DNA of 64,000 bases, from contig OZ253564.1 in NCBI GenBank assembly GCA_965262915.1, positions 1,408,001 through 1,472,000 on the forward strand, given 5' to 3'. This document shows positions 34,833-45,481 of this stretch, one piece after another. The position numbers and the translations under genes are program-made. The notes beneath the pieces were generated by a model. It was given only the letters and a program-made list of their open reading frames with translations. It searched no databases and was not told where the DNA came from. Every line of letters begins with the position of its first letter. Within the stretch, counting starts at the first letter, position 1. This stretch comes from Candidatus Spongiisociaceae bacterium (GTDB taxonomy: Bacteria; Actinomycetota; Acidimicrobiia; Spongiisociales; Spongiisociaceae).

Positions 34833-35920
34833 GTCGTATCGGCCCGAGGGCGTCTCTCCTACGAACGAGCATGCACAGCCTGGAGAGCTTCCTGGGGGAG
34901 TTGGCTGACAAGCTGGGTGAGATCGGGTTGGACGACTGGCGGGACAGGTTGTCGGCGCACATCCGCCGCCTAGAAGAACGGACAGGATGAACCCGCGCGC
35001 AGGCTCTGCCCCCCGTCAAGAGATAGCTGACGGTCTCCTTGGCACCAGTTCTTCATCTGCTAGGTAGCTGTAGCACGCCAGAATGTCGTCTTTGGTCAAC
35101 TCGGGCCACTCTTCCAATATCTCGGCCTCGGTCATGCCAGCCAGCTGGTGAGCTCGTTCGATGGGATAGCTGGCGCCGCCAGCCGCCGGGACCAGAAGCG
35201 CCTAGAGCGTCTGCGGTCCTCCTGATGGTCGAGTTCGAAGACTGGATCATCCACCCACCCACAGCATGGTGGGGCATCCGCTGCAAGTCATGCGGTGCGA
35301 GCTACGAGGGCGACAGGCCGACCCAGTGGAGACTCGCCCACGCGTTGGAGGCTCACGGGTCCGACCGGACGTTCGCCGTCGACATCGAGGGGCCTGCATG
35401 ATCTGCACACTCGTGTTGCTGGCGAGGGAGGGTCTGACGGGCCTGCGGTACGGCGCGGCGTGTCCCCTCAACCCGATCCACTGAAAGTGTCAGCCCGATG
35501 AAGGTCATCTACCACCACGGACTGAGCGCCAGCAAGGCACCAGACTCACCCATTTACGCTATCCAACGCCTCGACGGTCGCGGCCCGACCTTGGCAACCG
35601 CCCGACGCATACCGGCAGGCAAGAGGCGCCATACATGGAACCTGGTACGCCGAGGCGAACTCATGGGATCGTTCGACACCCTACGCGCCGCCATGAGATA
35701 CCTAACGCACTCCATCACCGGTCGCGCGTCTGGGGACTGTAGATTTTGCGAGGCTGGCTCGTGAGCTTCTCGCGAAAGCCGGTGCTGGGCTGGTTGACGG
35801 GTGTCGGCGACCTGAACCAACGGTGCGGCGTGTCGGCCGGGTAAGCCCCGGGTGCTTACCCTAGGCCGAGGGCGTCGTCGAAAGTACGCGGCTCCAGGCT
35901 GGACAAGACCGGTCGGTTGT

Positions 35921-36155
35921 CTAGCCCGTGAGCACAGATGCCAGGGTGGTCGCGGCTCCGTCGATGGCTCGGGCGAGGCAGGTTAGGAACCACTCCATCC
36001 ACTCCGAGATGTCCGGTGTTCCCTTCTGGGTTCGTTCGAGGATGTGGTAGTAGCCGCGGCGTTCCACCCGGATCTGCGATGACATGCTGTGGAAACGCTG
36101 TGAGCTGTTCTCCGAGCGGGCTAGGGCCATGTCAGTGATCGCCCGGGCGATGCGA
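35921..36155 (-). pseudogene. Fic-family protein internal fragment
   Basis: RIARAITDMALAR...MSSQI...YYHILERTQKG..DISEWMEWFL. Confidence 0.75.
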
Positions 36156-36205
36156 TGGCACGGTCAAGAACGTCGGCGGCACCGCGGCGGAGGGGTTCTC
36201 AGGGA

Positions 36206-36793
36206 TCAGTTGAAGCTGTCCCTGGTTTTCCTAGCCATAAGGAGAGCGCCTTCGGCGGCTTGTTTGCGTTCTTCGGGGAGAACCACGACAACCATCGTGG
36301 TCGCCGCTACGTAGAAACCCATCGCGGCGGCTAGGTCGTCGTCTACAGCCACAGCGATGGGAAGGTTGTCGTTCAGGACATCCATGAAGTTGGTGCCAAT
36401 GTTGCGCTGCGCTGTTTCGATAAGGGCCATGCCTATAGCGAACATGGTCTGCTCGGCGGTGGGTATGTCGTTTGTTTCTGTGTCCGGCCGGAGTTTCTCC
36501 AAGGCCGTAGCGCACCATCTATCCCGGCGGTGGGTATCCAAAAACCGGTAGTAATGATCGACCATCAACATGCTGACCAGTCCCATACGGAAAAGATTTT
36601 CGGGAGATACTTCCCACCATTCAATGTCCGGGTACGTGTTCATGTCCTTGCCCGGTGCGGAACGGGCCATGTGTTGCCATCTGTCCCGGATTCCCTCGAC
36701 CACGTCGTCGCAGCTGACTAAAGATTCGAGGATGTCGCAGGCAAAACTGAACCGTTCCCTGGCCACGTTCGCTGTTTCGGCGTCCATCGCCAC
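36206..36793 (-). CDS. Hypothetical protein
   Basis: 195-aa ORF with globular composition; no motif recognised. Confidence 0.55.
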   Translation of the reverse strand: MAMDAETANVARERFSFACDILESLVSCDDVVEGIRDRWQHMARSAPGKDMNTYPDIEWWEVSPENLFRMGLVSMLMVDHYYRFLDTHRRDRWCATALEKLRPDTETNDIPTAEQTMFAIGMALIETAQRNIGTNFMDVLNDNLPIAVAVDDDLAAAMGFYVAATTMVVVVLPEERKQAAEGALLMARKTRDSFN

Positions 36794-37058
36794 CAGAAAC
36801 GCAGGGAACTATCTGGTCGCCGACGCGGAGACGCGGACTGTCGCTGCGTTGTCAGGCATTGTCCCCCATTGTAGGTGACAGTGCCACAATAGCCGGGAAG
36901 TGTGACAGGCCGGGGTGATCTGGGCACTCCGTATATAAGCCCCCTTGCACCCATACCTGGGGTGCCGTCTGACTCAGCGTTCATAGGTCTGGCCTAGAAC
37001 GTGTCTGGGCCTGCGGCCGTGACCGTCGCATGACCGCCAGTTGTCCTATAATGACCCC

Positions 37059-37328
37059 ATGACGAACAGCCCGAACGACGTCCGAGTCGAAGACCACGAA
37101 GCCCAGCTCATCCGCAGCTGGAGAACGCACCGCCTGACACACGCGCACGCCACGGAAACGGTCCGCCGCGCGTCACGTGCTGCCACGGACGCAATCGTCG
37201 AAGCTCATCAGGCAGGCATGAGCGTGGAACGCATCTCCGAGGTTCTGCGAGTAGGTATCGGCGCTGTACAGCACCGACTCCGCGACGCGGAGCTCGCCGC
37301 GCAACCAGATCAGCAGAAGGGCGGGTGA
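37059..37328 (+). CDS. Small HTH protein, likely leaderless
   Basis: AHQAGMSVERISEVLRVG HTH; TATAAT a few bases before ATG. Confidence 0.6.
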   Translation: MTNSPNDVRVEDHEAQLIRSWRTHRLTHAHATETVRRASRAATDAIVEAHQAGMSVERISEVLRVGIGAVQHRLRDAELAAQPDQQKGG

Positions 37329-37335
37329 AAGTCCG

Positions 37336-37599
37336 ATGTTCGATTGGGGTACGGTTCCTGTTCTCGAATCCACACCAGGGATAGCGAGCGGCGCGTGGGT
37401 GTTCAAGGGCACACGTGTTCCCGTCCGGGCGCTGATAGCCGCACTCCAGCGCTCAACGGTCGAGGAGTTCTACCAGGACTTCCCGACGGTCAGCCAAGGT
37501 CAAGCTGAGACGGTCCTGCTCTACCTGTCCGAAAGCCTCATCGAGGACATAGCCCTCTTTGAGGACTTTGAGGATATAGCCGAAACACCGACGTCGTAA
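37336..37599 (+). CDS. DUF433 antitoxin
   Basis: TPGIASGAWVFKGTRVPV...EEFYQDFPTV. Confidence 0.9.
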   Translation: MFDWGTVPVLESTPGIASGAWVFKGTRVPVRALIAALQRSTVEEFYQDFPTVSQGQAETVLLYLSESLIEDIALFEDFEDIAETPTS

Positions 37600-37925
37600 T
37601 GGACGTGTACCTGGATGAGAGCGTCAAGCACGGCCTGCGGGTGCATCGGCTGATGGGGGGTCACACCGTCAGCACAGCTGTGTACATGAAGTGGGCTGGT
37701 CTTCCGAACGGCGAGTGGATGAAGCTAGCCCACGAAGCAGGGTTTCAGGTTGTAGTCACAACCGATCAAAGTATCCCCCCGCAGCAGAACTTGACGCGCT
37801 ACAGATTCGGAATCGTCGTTCTGTCGAAAACAAACTTCGAGGTAACAGATGACAACGTGACGAAGATCGTCGATGCCATAGACTCGGTACCCCCTCACGA
37901 CTGGAAGCTCGTGGAGCTAGATTAG
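37599..37925 (+). CDS. DUF5615 PIN-like toxin
   Basis: YLDESV, WAGLPNGE, VVTTD, QQNL; coupled to DUF433. Confidence 0.85.
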   Translation: MDVYLDESVKHGLRVHRLMGGHTVSTAVYMKWAGLPNGEWMKLAHEAGFQVVVTTDQSIPPQQNLTRYRFGIVVLSKTNFEVTDDNVTKIVDAIDSVPPHDWKLVELD

Positions 37926-38007
37926 AGGGGGGAGGGCAAGTGTTCACAATACGACCAGATACAGACGCGTTCCCCATCGGGGCCACCGCGGTGGCTGGAC
38001 CAGACCG

Positions 38008-38298
38008 ATGAACGGATGGCCGGACCCGGACCCGGTGGAACAGGTCAAAGAGCACAAACGGAACGGCCGATACACCGAAGCGCTGGACATTCTCGAACAG
38101 TGCATGCGCTCTTGGGAATCCAGCGGTGGAACGGTCGCGCCGTGGTACTACGAACAGGCAGCGATCATCCACCGGAAGCTCAAGGACCGTGAAGCTGAGG
38201 TAGCAGTGCTGCGACGTTTCGCCGCTCAGCCGCATGGGCCGGGGGTGAAACCCGCTCGGTTGCTGGAGCGGCTCGCCAAACTCGAAGCTGATCGCTGA
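38008..38298 (+). CDS. Small TPR-like hypothetical protein
   Basis: VAPWYYEQAAIIHRKLKD...EVAVL helical pattern. Confidence 0.55.
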   Translation: MNGWPDPDPVEQVKEHKRNGRYTEALDILEQCMRSWESSGGTVAPWYYEQAAIIHRKLKDREAEVAVLRRFAAQPHGPGVKPARLLERLAKLEADR

Positions 38299-38667
38299 TC
38301 GGGCCGTGGTAGAGCGCCGCCAAGCCGCCGACGTTCGCGCAGGGGACGTGTTCTGGGGTCATGGCACATCCCGTGCCAGGACGGTGATAGCGGCCGCCGA
38401 CGCGGAGCCTGTATCCGACGGGCGGGTCCGAGTCCCTTTAGTCATCGACGAGTTCAACACTGACCCAGACATCTACTTCCCAGCGGAGTACTACGTGCGG
38501 ATGCGGGTGCCCTTTCGCCCCGACTCGGCGTAGCGGGTGTTGACGTCGCCTAGGTGAGTACGCCTGCGAACCGACCAGGGGCGAAGCAGGGGACCGTCGA
38601 CTGGCGGTAGCTACTGGCGCTTCCGACGATGAGGGCAACACACTATTGTGTTACATAGCCTGTTGTA

Positions 38668-38695
38668 GCTTTACATAACCTGTATTATGGGACAT
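38668..38695 (-). other. XerCD dif-like site
   Basis: Minus strand ATGTCCCATAA-TACAGG-TTATGTAAAGC; partial duplicate TTACATAGCCTGT at 38651. Confidence 0.8.
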
Positions 38696-38819
38696 CCCCG
38701 AGGCCGGGTACGGCCAGGGTTCGGGCGAGGTCGTCCAAGTTCACGTTAGTTGGCGAATTCTCATAGTCGTGGCGAAAGACGCGTGGCGGAGTTGCTGCGG
38801 TCATGTCCAGCGACTCCCA

Positions 38820-38970
38820 GCCAGCGTTGGTGGCTACCGTGGTCGCCACCGGCGTCACCGCAGACGGCAATCGGGAGATCCTGGGATGTGATGTCGGCAA
38901 CAGCGGGAGCAAAGGGGTTCTGGCAGCAGTTCCTCGTTAGCCTGCGCCACCGTAGCGCGGCCGTAGGCCT
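38820..38970 (+). pseudogene. IS256-family transposase fragment
   Basis: VVATGVTADGNREILGCDVG...FWQQFLVSL. Confidence 0.7.
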
Positions 38971-38985
38971 GGGTACACTGGTCAG

Positions 38986-40263
38986 ATGACGGGCAGCAGC
39001 GAGGCGTCAGCGGCGGAGCTTGCCGAGTTCGTTGCGCTCTTCGATGAGGCCTGCAGTTCGGCCTTGAGAAGTGTGAGTCCTGCGGACGCTCCCTCGTACG
39101 TTCTGAACGGCCAGGCCAGGGCCGAGATTCGTAGGCTTGTCCCACTCGGTGAACGGCGCCGTCTTGGTGCTTTCTTCACTCCCCGCGAACTTGCCGACGA
39201 TGTGGCCTCTTCGCTCCGCTCGGTTCAAGGCCAGGTGACGGTTATCGACCCGTGTAGCGGCGCCGGGGACCTGCTACTCGCTGCCGCTCGTGCCCTAGAG
39301 GAACCCGTGCGAAGTGGCACTGCCCGCGCGAACTTCGTGGGTGTGGACCTCGTCGATGAGTTCTCCCAAGTGGCCCGAATGCGGTTCGAGTTGCTCTCCG
39401 GCCTTTGCGGCCTCGATATGTCTTTCCGCTTCATCACCGGCGATGGGCTGTCCACACCGGATGTCAGTGCCGACACGACTACGCATGTGCTTCTCAACCC
39501 ACCCTTCGCCGTAGTTCCAAGCCACAAGGGCTGCGAGTGGGCACGGGGCAAGGTCAGCGGCGCGGCCGACTTCTTTGCTCGCGTCATTGTACGGTTCCAG
39601 CCTGGAGTCGAGATTTCGGCGATACTGCCTGACGTGCTCCGTAGCGGCTCTCGCTACCGGAGGTGGCGGGACTTCGTCGCGAAACGTCTGGATCTCGATA
39701 CTCCGGAACCGAAGGGTCGCTTCGACTCGTGGACGGATGTCGACGTATTCGTCCTTCGAGGCCGAACACGGCAAACGGAGACAGACCCTCCGGAGATCGA
39801 ATGGGTACCCAGTAACGCTGGGCCGACAGTGGCCGAGCGCTTCGATGTGTCGGTTGGTCCGTTGGTTGACTATCGGTCGTTACTCGATGGCCCAGTCGTG
39901 CCGTACCTGGTGGCCAAGGACTTCCCTACCTGGGGCACTATCTCAAGGGTACAGCGGACTCGTCGGTTTAGCGGACGCCTGCACGAGAGCCCGTTCGTGG
40001 TGATACCAAGGACTTCGCGTCCCGGCGAACCATATCGGGCCCGTGCCGCGGTGGTGACCGATCCCCGTGGAATCGCCGTCGAGAACCATCTGCTAGTTCT
40101 CAGTCCACGGCGGGGGGGCGTCGATGAGTGCAGGCGGCTGATGTGTCGGCTGCAGTCGGAAGAAGTCAACGACTGGCTGGACCGGGTCATTAGGTGCCGC
40201 CATCTGACGGTCGGCGCTGTGGGATCCATCCCGTGGACGCATGGTGAAGGTTTCATCGTCTGA
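38986..40263 (+). CDS. N6-adenine DNA methyltransferase
   Basis: GAFFTP, DPCSGAGDLL (motif I), LLNPPF (motif IV), C-terminal TRD-like region. Confidence 0.88.
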   Translation: MTGSSEASAAELAEFVALFDEACSSALRSVSPADAPSYVLNGQARAEIRRLVPLGERRRLGAFFTPRELADDVASSLRSVQGQVTVIDPCSGAGDLLLAAARALEEPVRSGTARANFVGVDLVDEFSQVARMRFELLSGLCGLDMSFRFITGDGLSTPDVSADTTTHVLLNPPFAVVPSHKGCEWARGKVSGAADFFARVIVRFQPGVEISAILPDVLRSGSRYRRWRDFVAKRLDLDTPEPKGRFDSWTDVDVFVLRGRTRQTETDPPEIEWVPSNAGPTVAERFDVSVGPLVDYRSLLDGPVVPYLVAKDFPTWGTISRVQRTRRFSGRLHESPFVVIPRTSRPGEPYRARAAVVTDPRGIAVENHLLVLSPRRGGVDECRRLMCRLQSEEVNDWLDRVIRCRHLTVGAVGSIPWTHGEGFIV

Positions 40264-42320
40264 TGGCCACGTTCCGGTTCGCGCCCGACATCCTGCGCCG
40301 CCTCGGCGAGGAGCTTAACCCATCGCTGGAGCACAGCGTCATGGAGTTGGTGAAGAACTCCCTCGATGCCGACGCTCAGAACTGCGAAGTCCGACTGAGC
40401 GAAGTGACGTCCCCCGGAGGCGCAATTTTCGTGAGCGATGACGGCGACGGAATGACCGCCGAAGAAATCGTCGACAGCTTTCTACTCCTCGGCCGCTCCC
40501 CTAAGGTCGGTAGCGGCCGGACACGGCGCGGGCGGGTACCGGCAGGCAGCAAGGGCCTCGGCCGGCTCGCGGCCTTGCGAGCGGGCGAGCGTGCGGTGAT
40601 ATCGACAAGACCTAGGACTGATCCCGACCGGGAATATCGTATCGTCCTCGAGTGGTCGGACTTCGACAATGTCGAAGCGATCGAAGATGTCCCGATCGAT
40701 ATCGAGACACGCTGTCGAGGGCCGGCCACTACGACCGGGACCGACATCAGCATCCTCGGCCTCACCGGACGTCTGGGTCGCCGGGAGGTCAAGCGCCTGG
40801 CCAGGGCGCTGGTTCTGCTCGCGGACCCCTTCGGTGACGATCCGTTGGACTTCCGCACGAAGCTTGCGACTCAGGAATTCGAGGACCTCGAAGCACTCGT
40901 GCGCAAGAAGTACTTCGACGCTGCCGAATACAGGCTGGTAGCGCATGTCGGAGGTGACGGGCGGGCGGCGGCGACTGTCAAGGACTGGCGGGGAGAGACG
41001 TTGTACGAGGCTGATCATTGCCAGCTGCGTAAGAGTGAACAGCCCTACCGGTGCCCTCCCGCCCGCTTTGAACTCTGGGTGTTCATCCTCGACGGAAAAA
41101 CGTTCCAGACAAGGAACGCCACGCTCACAGAGGTGAGGGAGTGGCTCACAGAGTTCGGTGGTGTGATGCTCTATGTGAACGGTATCCGTATCCCACCTTA
41201 CGGCGATTCCGGCAATGACTGGCTGGACCTGAATCTGCGGCGCGTCCGAAGCCCCGAGGAACGTCCCAGCACGAACACCTCGATCGGCCGGGTTCGTGTC
41301 GACGACGATGGCGGTGCTTTCACCGAGAAGACCGACAGGTCGGGAGTCATCGAGAACGCGGCCTTCGCTGATCTGCGCCGGATGGCCATTGATGCGCTCG
41401 AATGGATGGCACGGGAGCGCCTCAGGTCGAGGGAAGCGCAGCGCCAGCAAAAGCGTAGCGGATCCGAACCTAAGGAGAAGGTGCTCCGTAACAAGGTCGA
41501 AAGGCAACTCAGCCAGCTGGCGCAGGAGACGCCATCTGGCGCGGAGGCGAGGGATCTATTCGACCGCTACACGAAGGCTCAGGAGCGAGCTCACCGAGCT
41601 ATACGAGAAGAGGTGCAACTCTACAGAACCCTCAGCACAGCGGGGATCGCAGCTGCGACCTTCGCGCACGAGTACGCTGCGGGGCCTCTCAAAGTCATCA
41701 GACGGTCGGTCGCCACTCTCCGTCGGCGTCTCAAAGGCATACTCTTACTCATTCCTGACGATATCGCCGACCCGATCGGGCTGGTCGAGTCGAGTACAAA
41801 CACCCTCGGGACGTTCACCGATGGGACGTTGAGCCTCGTCGACCGCGATAAACGACGGGTGGGACGTATCGAGGTGCACAAGGCGGTCAGCAGGGTGGCC
41901 GAAACATACTTACCCTTTATCGAGGACCGACAGGCCACGCTCGAAATCGAACTCTGCGACGCAAACCCCTACCTACGGAGTTCCGCGGCTGCCATCGAGT
42001 CGATCGTTGTCAACCTGCTAACCAATGCGCTCAACGCCGTGTCGGAGTCGGGCAATTCAAATCGCACGATCCGACTGGCAACGGAATCCTCCGATCATCG
42101 GCTGGTCCTGACCGTCTCGGACAACGGGCCGGGTATCCAGCACTTCGGGATCGACGAGATTTGGCTCCCAGGTGTGACATCAAGGCCGGGAGGCTCGGGC
42201 CTCGGCCTCACAATCGTCAAGGACACAGTGATCGATCTCGGCGGAACTGTGAACGCTATAGCGAGCGGCCCACTCGGCGGAGCGGTATTTGAGGTCACGC
42301 TCCCGATACTCGGGCGATAG
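40263..42320 (+). CDS. MORC-like GHKL ATPase fused to histidine kinase
   Basis: N-terminal ELVKNSLDA, DDGDGM, GSKGLGR; coiled coil; C-terminal FAHE, NLLTNA, DNGPG, GSGLGL; no TM. Confidence 0.9.
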   Translation: MATFRFAPDILRRLGEELNPSLEHSVMELVKNSLDADAQNCEVRLSEVTSPGGAIFVSDDGDGMTAEEIVDSFLLLGRSPKVGSGRTRRGRVPAGSKGLGRLAALRAGERAVISTRPRTDPDREYRIVLEWSDFDNVEAIEDVPIDIETRCRGPATTTGTDISILGLTGRLGRREVKRLARALVLLADPFGDDPLDFRTKLATQEFEDLEALVRKKYFDAAEYRLVAHVGGDGRAAATVKDWRGETLYEADHCQLRKSEQPYRCPPARFELWVFILDGKTFQTRNATLTEVREWLTEFGGVMLYVNGIRIPPYGDSGNDWLDLNLRRVRSPEERPSTNTSIGRVRVDDDGGAFTEKTDRSGVIENAAFADLRRMAIDALEWMARERLRSREAQRQQKRSGSEPKEKVLRNKVERQLSQLAQETPSGAEARDLFDRYTKAQERAHRAIREEVQLYRTLSTAGIAAATFAHEYAAGPLKVIRRSVATLRRRLKGILLLIPDDIADPIGLVESSTNTLGTFTDGTLSLVDRDKRRVGRIEVHKAVSRVAETYLPFIEDRQATLEIELCDANPYLRSSAAAIESIVVNLLTNALNAVSESGNSNRTIRLATESSDHRLVLTVSDNGPGIQHFGIDEIWLPGVTSRPGGSGLGLTIVKDTVIDLGGTVNAIASGPLGGAVFEVTLPILGR

Positions 42321-42324
42321 GCCG

Positions 42325-42990
42325 ATGCTCGAACTCGGCGGACGCCGGATCGAAACGGTCGCAATAGTAGACGACGACCCAAAAAGCCGAGACAGCCTCG
42401 CTATGTGCGTCGATGACTCCCCGATCAAGCCATTCCCGCTCGGCGGCCCGCTGGGCAGCATCGAAGCTGTCTACCGGTTGATCCAATCCGAAGCGCAGGG
42501 ATGTATATGCGATCACCAGCTGCAAACAAGAGGACCCTACGCTCGCTTCTCCGGTGCAGAATTGGCGGCTTGGAACAATCGGCATGGTCTGCCGTCCGTC
42601 CTCTGCACGCGATTCATCGAGAGTGACACTCAGATGCCGCTCATCCGAGGATATCTGAAGGACCTACCTGTGCTCCGCAGGCCGGAGCAATTGGAGGAGC
42701 CCGAGCACATCCTCGAGGCCCTTGAGGTATGCGTAGCGGAGTTGAGCGGTTCACTCACTCCCGAGCGGCGCTCCTGGAGGACGCAGGTAGTTGTCGAACA
42801 ACTCGACGCCATGGACCGGACCCTCTCGGTCTCGCTCCCAGCCTGGCAGGTCGATGATCCGGTTCGCGTACGAATAGATGATGTCCCCGCTGGTCTGCGC
42901 GACAGGCTAAAGATCGGATTCTGGACGTTCGTCCGCGCCAACGTCGGTGAATCACAACCGGAATTACTCTACATCGACTGGCCCGACTGA
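42325..42990 (+). CDS. Receiver-domain protein with unknown C-terminal domain
   Basis: AIVDDD, ICDHQL phosphoacceptor, SGAELA, VLCT. Confidence 0.8.
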   Translation: MLELGGRRIETVAIVDDDPKSRDSLAMCVDDSPIKPFPLGGPLGSIEAVYRLIQSEAQGCICDHQLQTRGPYARFSGAELAAWNNRHGLPSVLCTRFIESDTQMPLIRGYLKDLPVLRRPEQLEEPEHILEALEVCVAELSGSLTPERRSWRTQVVVEQLDAMDRTLSVSLPAWQVDDPVRVRIDDVPAGLRDRLKIGFWTFVRANVGESQPELLYIDWPD

Positions 42991-44007
42991 ATGACGAAGG
43001 TCGTCATCTTGGATGTTGGGCACGGTAACTGTGCTGTAGTACAGGACGGCAAGAGATGCCTCGTGGTTGACGCAGGCCCGGGTACTGCGCTACTGGAGTT
43101 CATCCGAGAGGCTGAGATCGACGTCGTGGAGGAGATGCTGATCTCACATGCTGACACCGATCACCTCAAGGGAGTTCAGACTCTACTTGACCAAGATGTG
43201 ATATCTGTCAGAAGTGTGCGTGTCAACAGCGACGCTGCCAAGAACACCGTGCAGTGGGATGGCATGCTGCGTTCGCTAGACGATCGTAACCGTCGGGGGA
43301 CGATTCGTTTCGCAGTACAACTCATGGAAGGTGATCAGATTACATTCTGCGATACCGTCGTGGAAGTACTGGCTCCTAGTGGATACTTAGCGGGCAAGGG
43401 ACCTGGTAGTCGCGATCCAACCGGTCGACGCATCACGACGAACACTGTCAGCGCGGTCGTTCGGGTACGCATGCCTGACCAATCGGTGCTATTCACTGGC
43501 GACCTTGACGAGGTTGGCTTGAAGCTACTCACAGAAACTGATCAAGACTTACATGCTGACGTGCTGGTATTCCCTCATCATGGAGGACACGTCAGTAACT
43601 CTGCTACTCCAGCTCGCAATCGCCGCTTTGCCGAACGGCTGCTATCAGCAGTAAGCCCCAAGATCGTGGTGTTCTCACTCTCACGTGTCAAGTACTCGAA
43701 TCCTCGTCATGAGATCATCGAAGCAGTGAGGACAAATCCGCTTCGAAAGGTGATGTGTACACAAATGTCACAGAACTGTCTCGACGAGGCCCCGAACGAC
43801 GACGAACACCTAGCGAATGTATTCGCCGATGGTAGGCGGTCGGGCCACTGTTGTGCGGGTACCATCGTCATCGCAGGTTCAACTCTTTATCCGTCAGTCT
43901 CCTCCCACACAGACTTCGTGCGTGGAAGGGCCCCTAACGCGCTCTGCAGGCCACTCACCTTAGGGTCAGAGGAGCTAAGAAAGGATGCACTGCTCCCGGA
44001 GCAGTAA
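42991..44007 (+). CDS. ComEC/Rec2-like MBL-fold metallohydrolase (putative nuclease)
   Basis: LDVGHGN, VVDAG, ISHADTDHLKG, LFTGD, PHHGG; no TM. Confidence 0.88.
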   Translation: MTKVVILDVGHGNCAVVQDGKRCLVVDAGPGTALLEFIREAEIDVVEEMLISHADTDHLKGVQTLLDQDVISVRSVRVNSDAAKNTVQWDGMLRSLDDRNRRGTIRFAVQLMEGDQITFCDTVVEVLAPSGYLAGKGPGSRDPTGRRITTNTVSAVVRVRMPDQSVLFTGDLDEVGLKLLTETDQDLHADVLVFPHHGGHVSNSATPARNRRFAERLLSAVSPKIVVFSLSRVKYSNPRHEIIEAVRTNPLRKVMCTQMSQNCLDEAPNDDEHLANVFADGRRSGHCCAGTIVIAGSTLYPSVSSHTDFVRGRAPNALCRPLTLGSEELRKDALLPEQ

Positions 44008-44270
44008 CGTACGGACAGTGGAGTCCCCCGGGGCTGGCCGTCGGCCGCGATGAGCCACGAAAGTTTGCGAGGCGCCGCAGGGCAAGCGCATGATCCATTT
44101 CGGGACACCCAACATAGGAGCGAGCTCCAAGAGAACGGTTCGCAGTATCCTGTGCGCAACTGCGTGGGATCGGGCAGGGCCCGTTTGTTCTCATGGCCGA
44201 TCGAAAGGGGCTTCCTCGAGCCCAGCCCTGCTTCATGACCCTCTCCAACGTCGTGATCTGTTGGGAGCAA

Positions 44271-45245
44271 TCACATTTGTTCGACGTAGCTGGCAGCGAT
44301 GTGTTCGGGTGGGTTGGTGTAGCGGGCTATGTACTGTTGGGATCGGTGGCCGAGGCGTCGTTCGAGTTCGTAGGGGTCGGCGTTGGTGGCTTGGGCGAGC
44401 CCGAACGCGAACGTGTGGCGCAGGTCGTGGGGTCGGAGCGGACTGATGTGGCGTTGGGGTTCGGTATGTTCTGCGTCGTGGATTCGGCCGATACGTTCGA
44501 GGATGGTGTTGATGCTGCGGCCGGAGAGGCGCCCGTCCGGGCGGCGGCTGTTCACCGAAGCGGCGGACAGGAACAACGCGGTGGACTCGTCGGTGGCGTC
44601 GGCCGGTCGTTCCTTCTCCAGGTAGTCGGCTAGTGCGTGGCGGGCGTCGACGGAGAGGAAGACTGTGCGCTGAGTTTTTCCTTTGCCCCGAACACCTACG
44701 ATCCGGGCGCGGCGGGCGGCACGCAGCAGTGCTGGTCGGGACGGTTGAACCTGGTCGAGGTCAAGCAGCACAAGTTCGAGGCGTCGGAGTCCGGTGGACA
44801 ACAGCACGAACACGATTGCACGATCTCGGACGGGTCGGCTGTGGCCATGCAGCCGAGGCGGATCCCCTCTCCCCCGCCGCCGGCCCTTACGTTGGCTGTA
44901 TCTTTCCAGCCGATCGCATAGGTTCTTGAGTGATCTCACCTGTCCCGGGGCGAGGCTGCGCGGTTCCAACGGTGGTAGCGGCAACGCAGAGACACCGGTG
45001 GACGGGTTTCCGGTCGCGAACAGCCCGGGCTCTTGTGCGCTCACCCAGGTGGTGAATCCCGACAGCGACGCTAGATGATTGTTGACAGTGGCCGGAGCCA
45101 ACGTGTCGGCGAGTCTACGCTGCCAGTCGATCACGTCGCGGCGGCCTACGGGGGGGATCCCTTCGTGCCTTTCGTGAAGGGAATCCGGGGAGTTACGACC
45201 TCTATTTCGGGCCTGGGGTGCTGCCAGGGTACTGGTTGCCTTCAC
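44271..45245 (-). CDS. Tyrosine recombinase (family E; 5' end uncertain)
   Basis: APATVNNHLASL, LLSTGLRRLEL, GKGK, PHDLRHTF, LGH, IARY. Confidence 0.85.
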   Translation of the reverse strand: MKATSTLAAPQARNRGRNSPDSLHERHEGIPPVGRRDVIDWQRRLADTLAPATVNNHLASLSGFTTWVSAQEPGLFATGNPSTGVSALPLPPLEPRSLAPGQVRSLKNLCDRLERYSQRKGRRRGRGDPPRLHGHSRPVRDRAIVFVLLSTGLRRLELVLLDLDQVQPSRPALLRAARRARIVGVRGKGKTQRTVFLSVDARHALADYLEKERPADATDESTALFLSAASVNSRRPDGRLSGRSINTILERIGRIHDAEHTEPQRHISPLRPHDLRHTFAFGLAQATNADPYELERRLGHRSQQYIARYTNPPEHIAASYVEQM

Positions 45246-45481
45246 AGAAGGGGCATTCCCTGAACCAAACCTATACCACCCCCGAAACCGCCCCCGACCC
45301 GTGAGGTGTTACGTCGCATAGTGGTGAGGCTCACGGCCTGGCGGAACCTCCTCGCAGGGAGACCCGCCCGGTTCTGGTCATCGAGATAGCCCTTGCCCTG
45401 CATGGCCATCGACCGTGACCGACGAGGTAAGGGCTACCCCTTACCTACGGCAGAGGACACCGATTCGACGTCCCCCCGGGT

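Noticed and set aside
37041-37068. TTGTCCTATAA as a fourth dif site
   Set aside because: Second arm is off by one base and poor; better explained as a TATAAT -10 box before a leaderless ATG.
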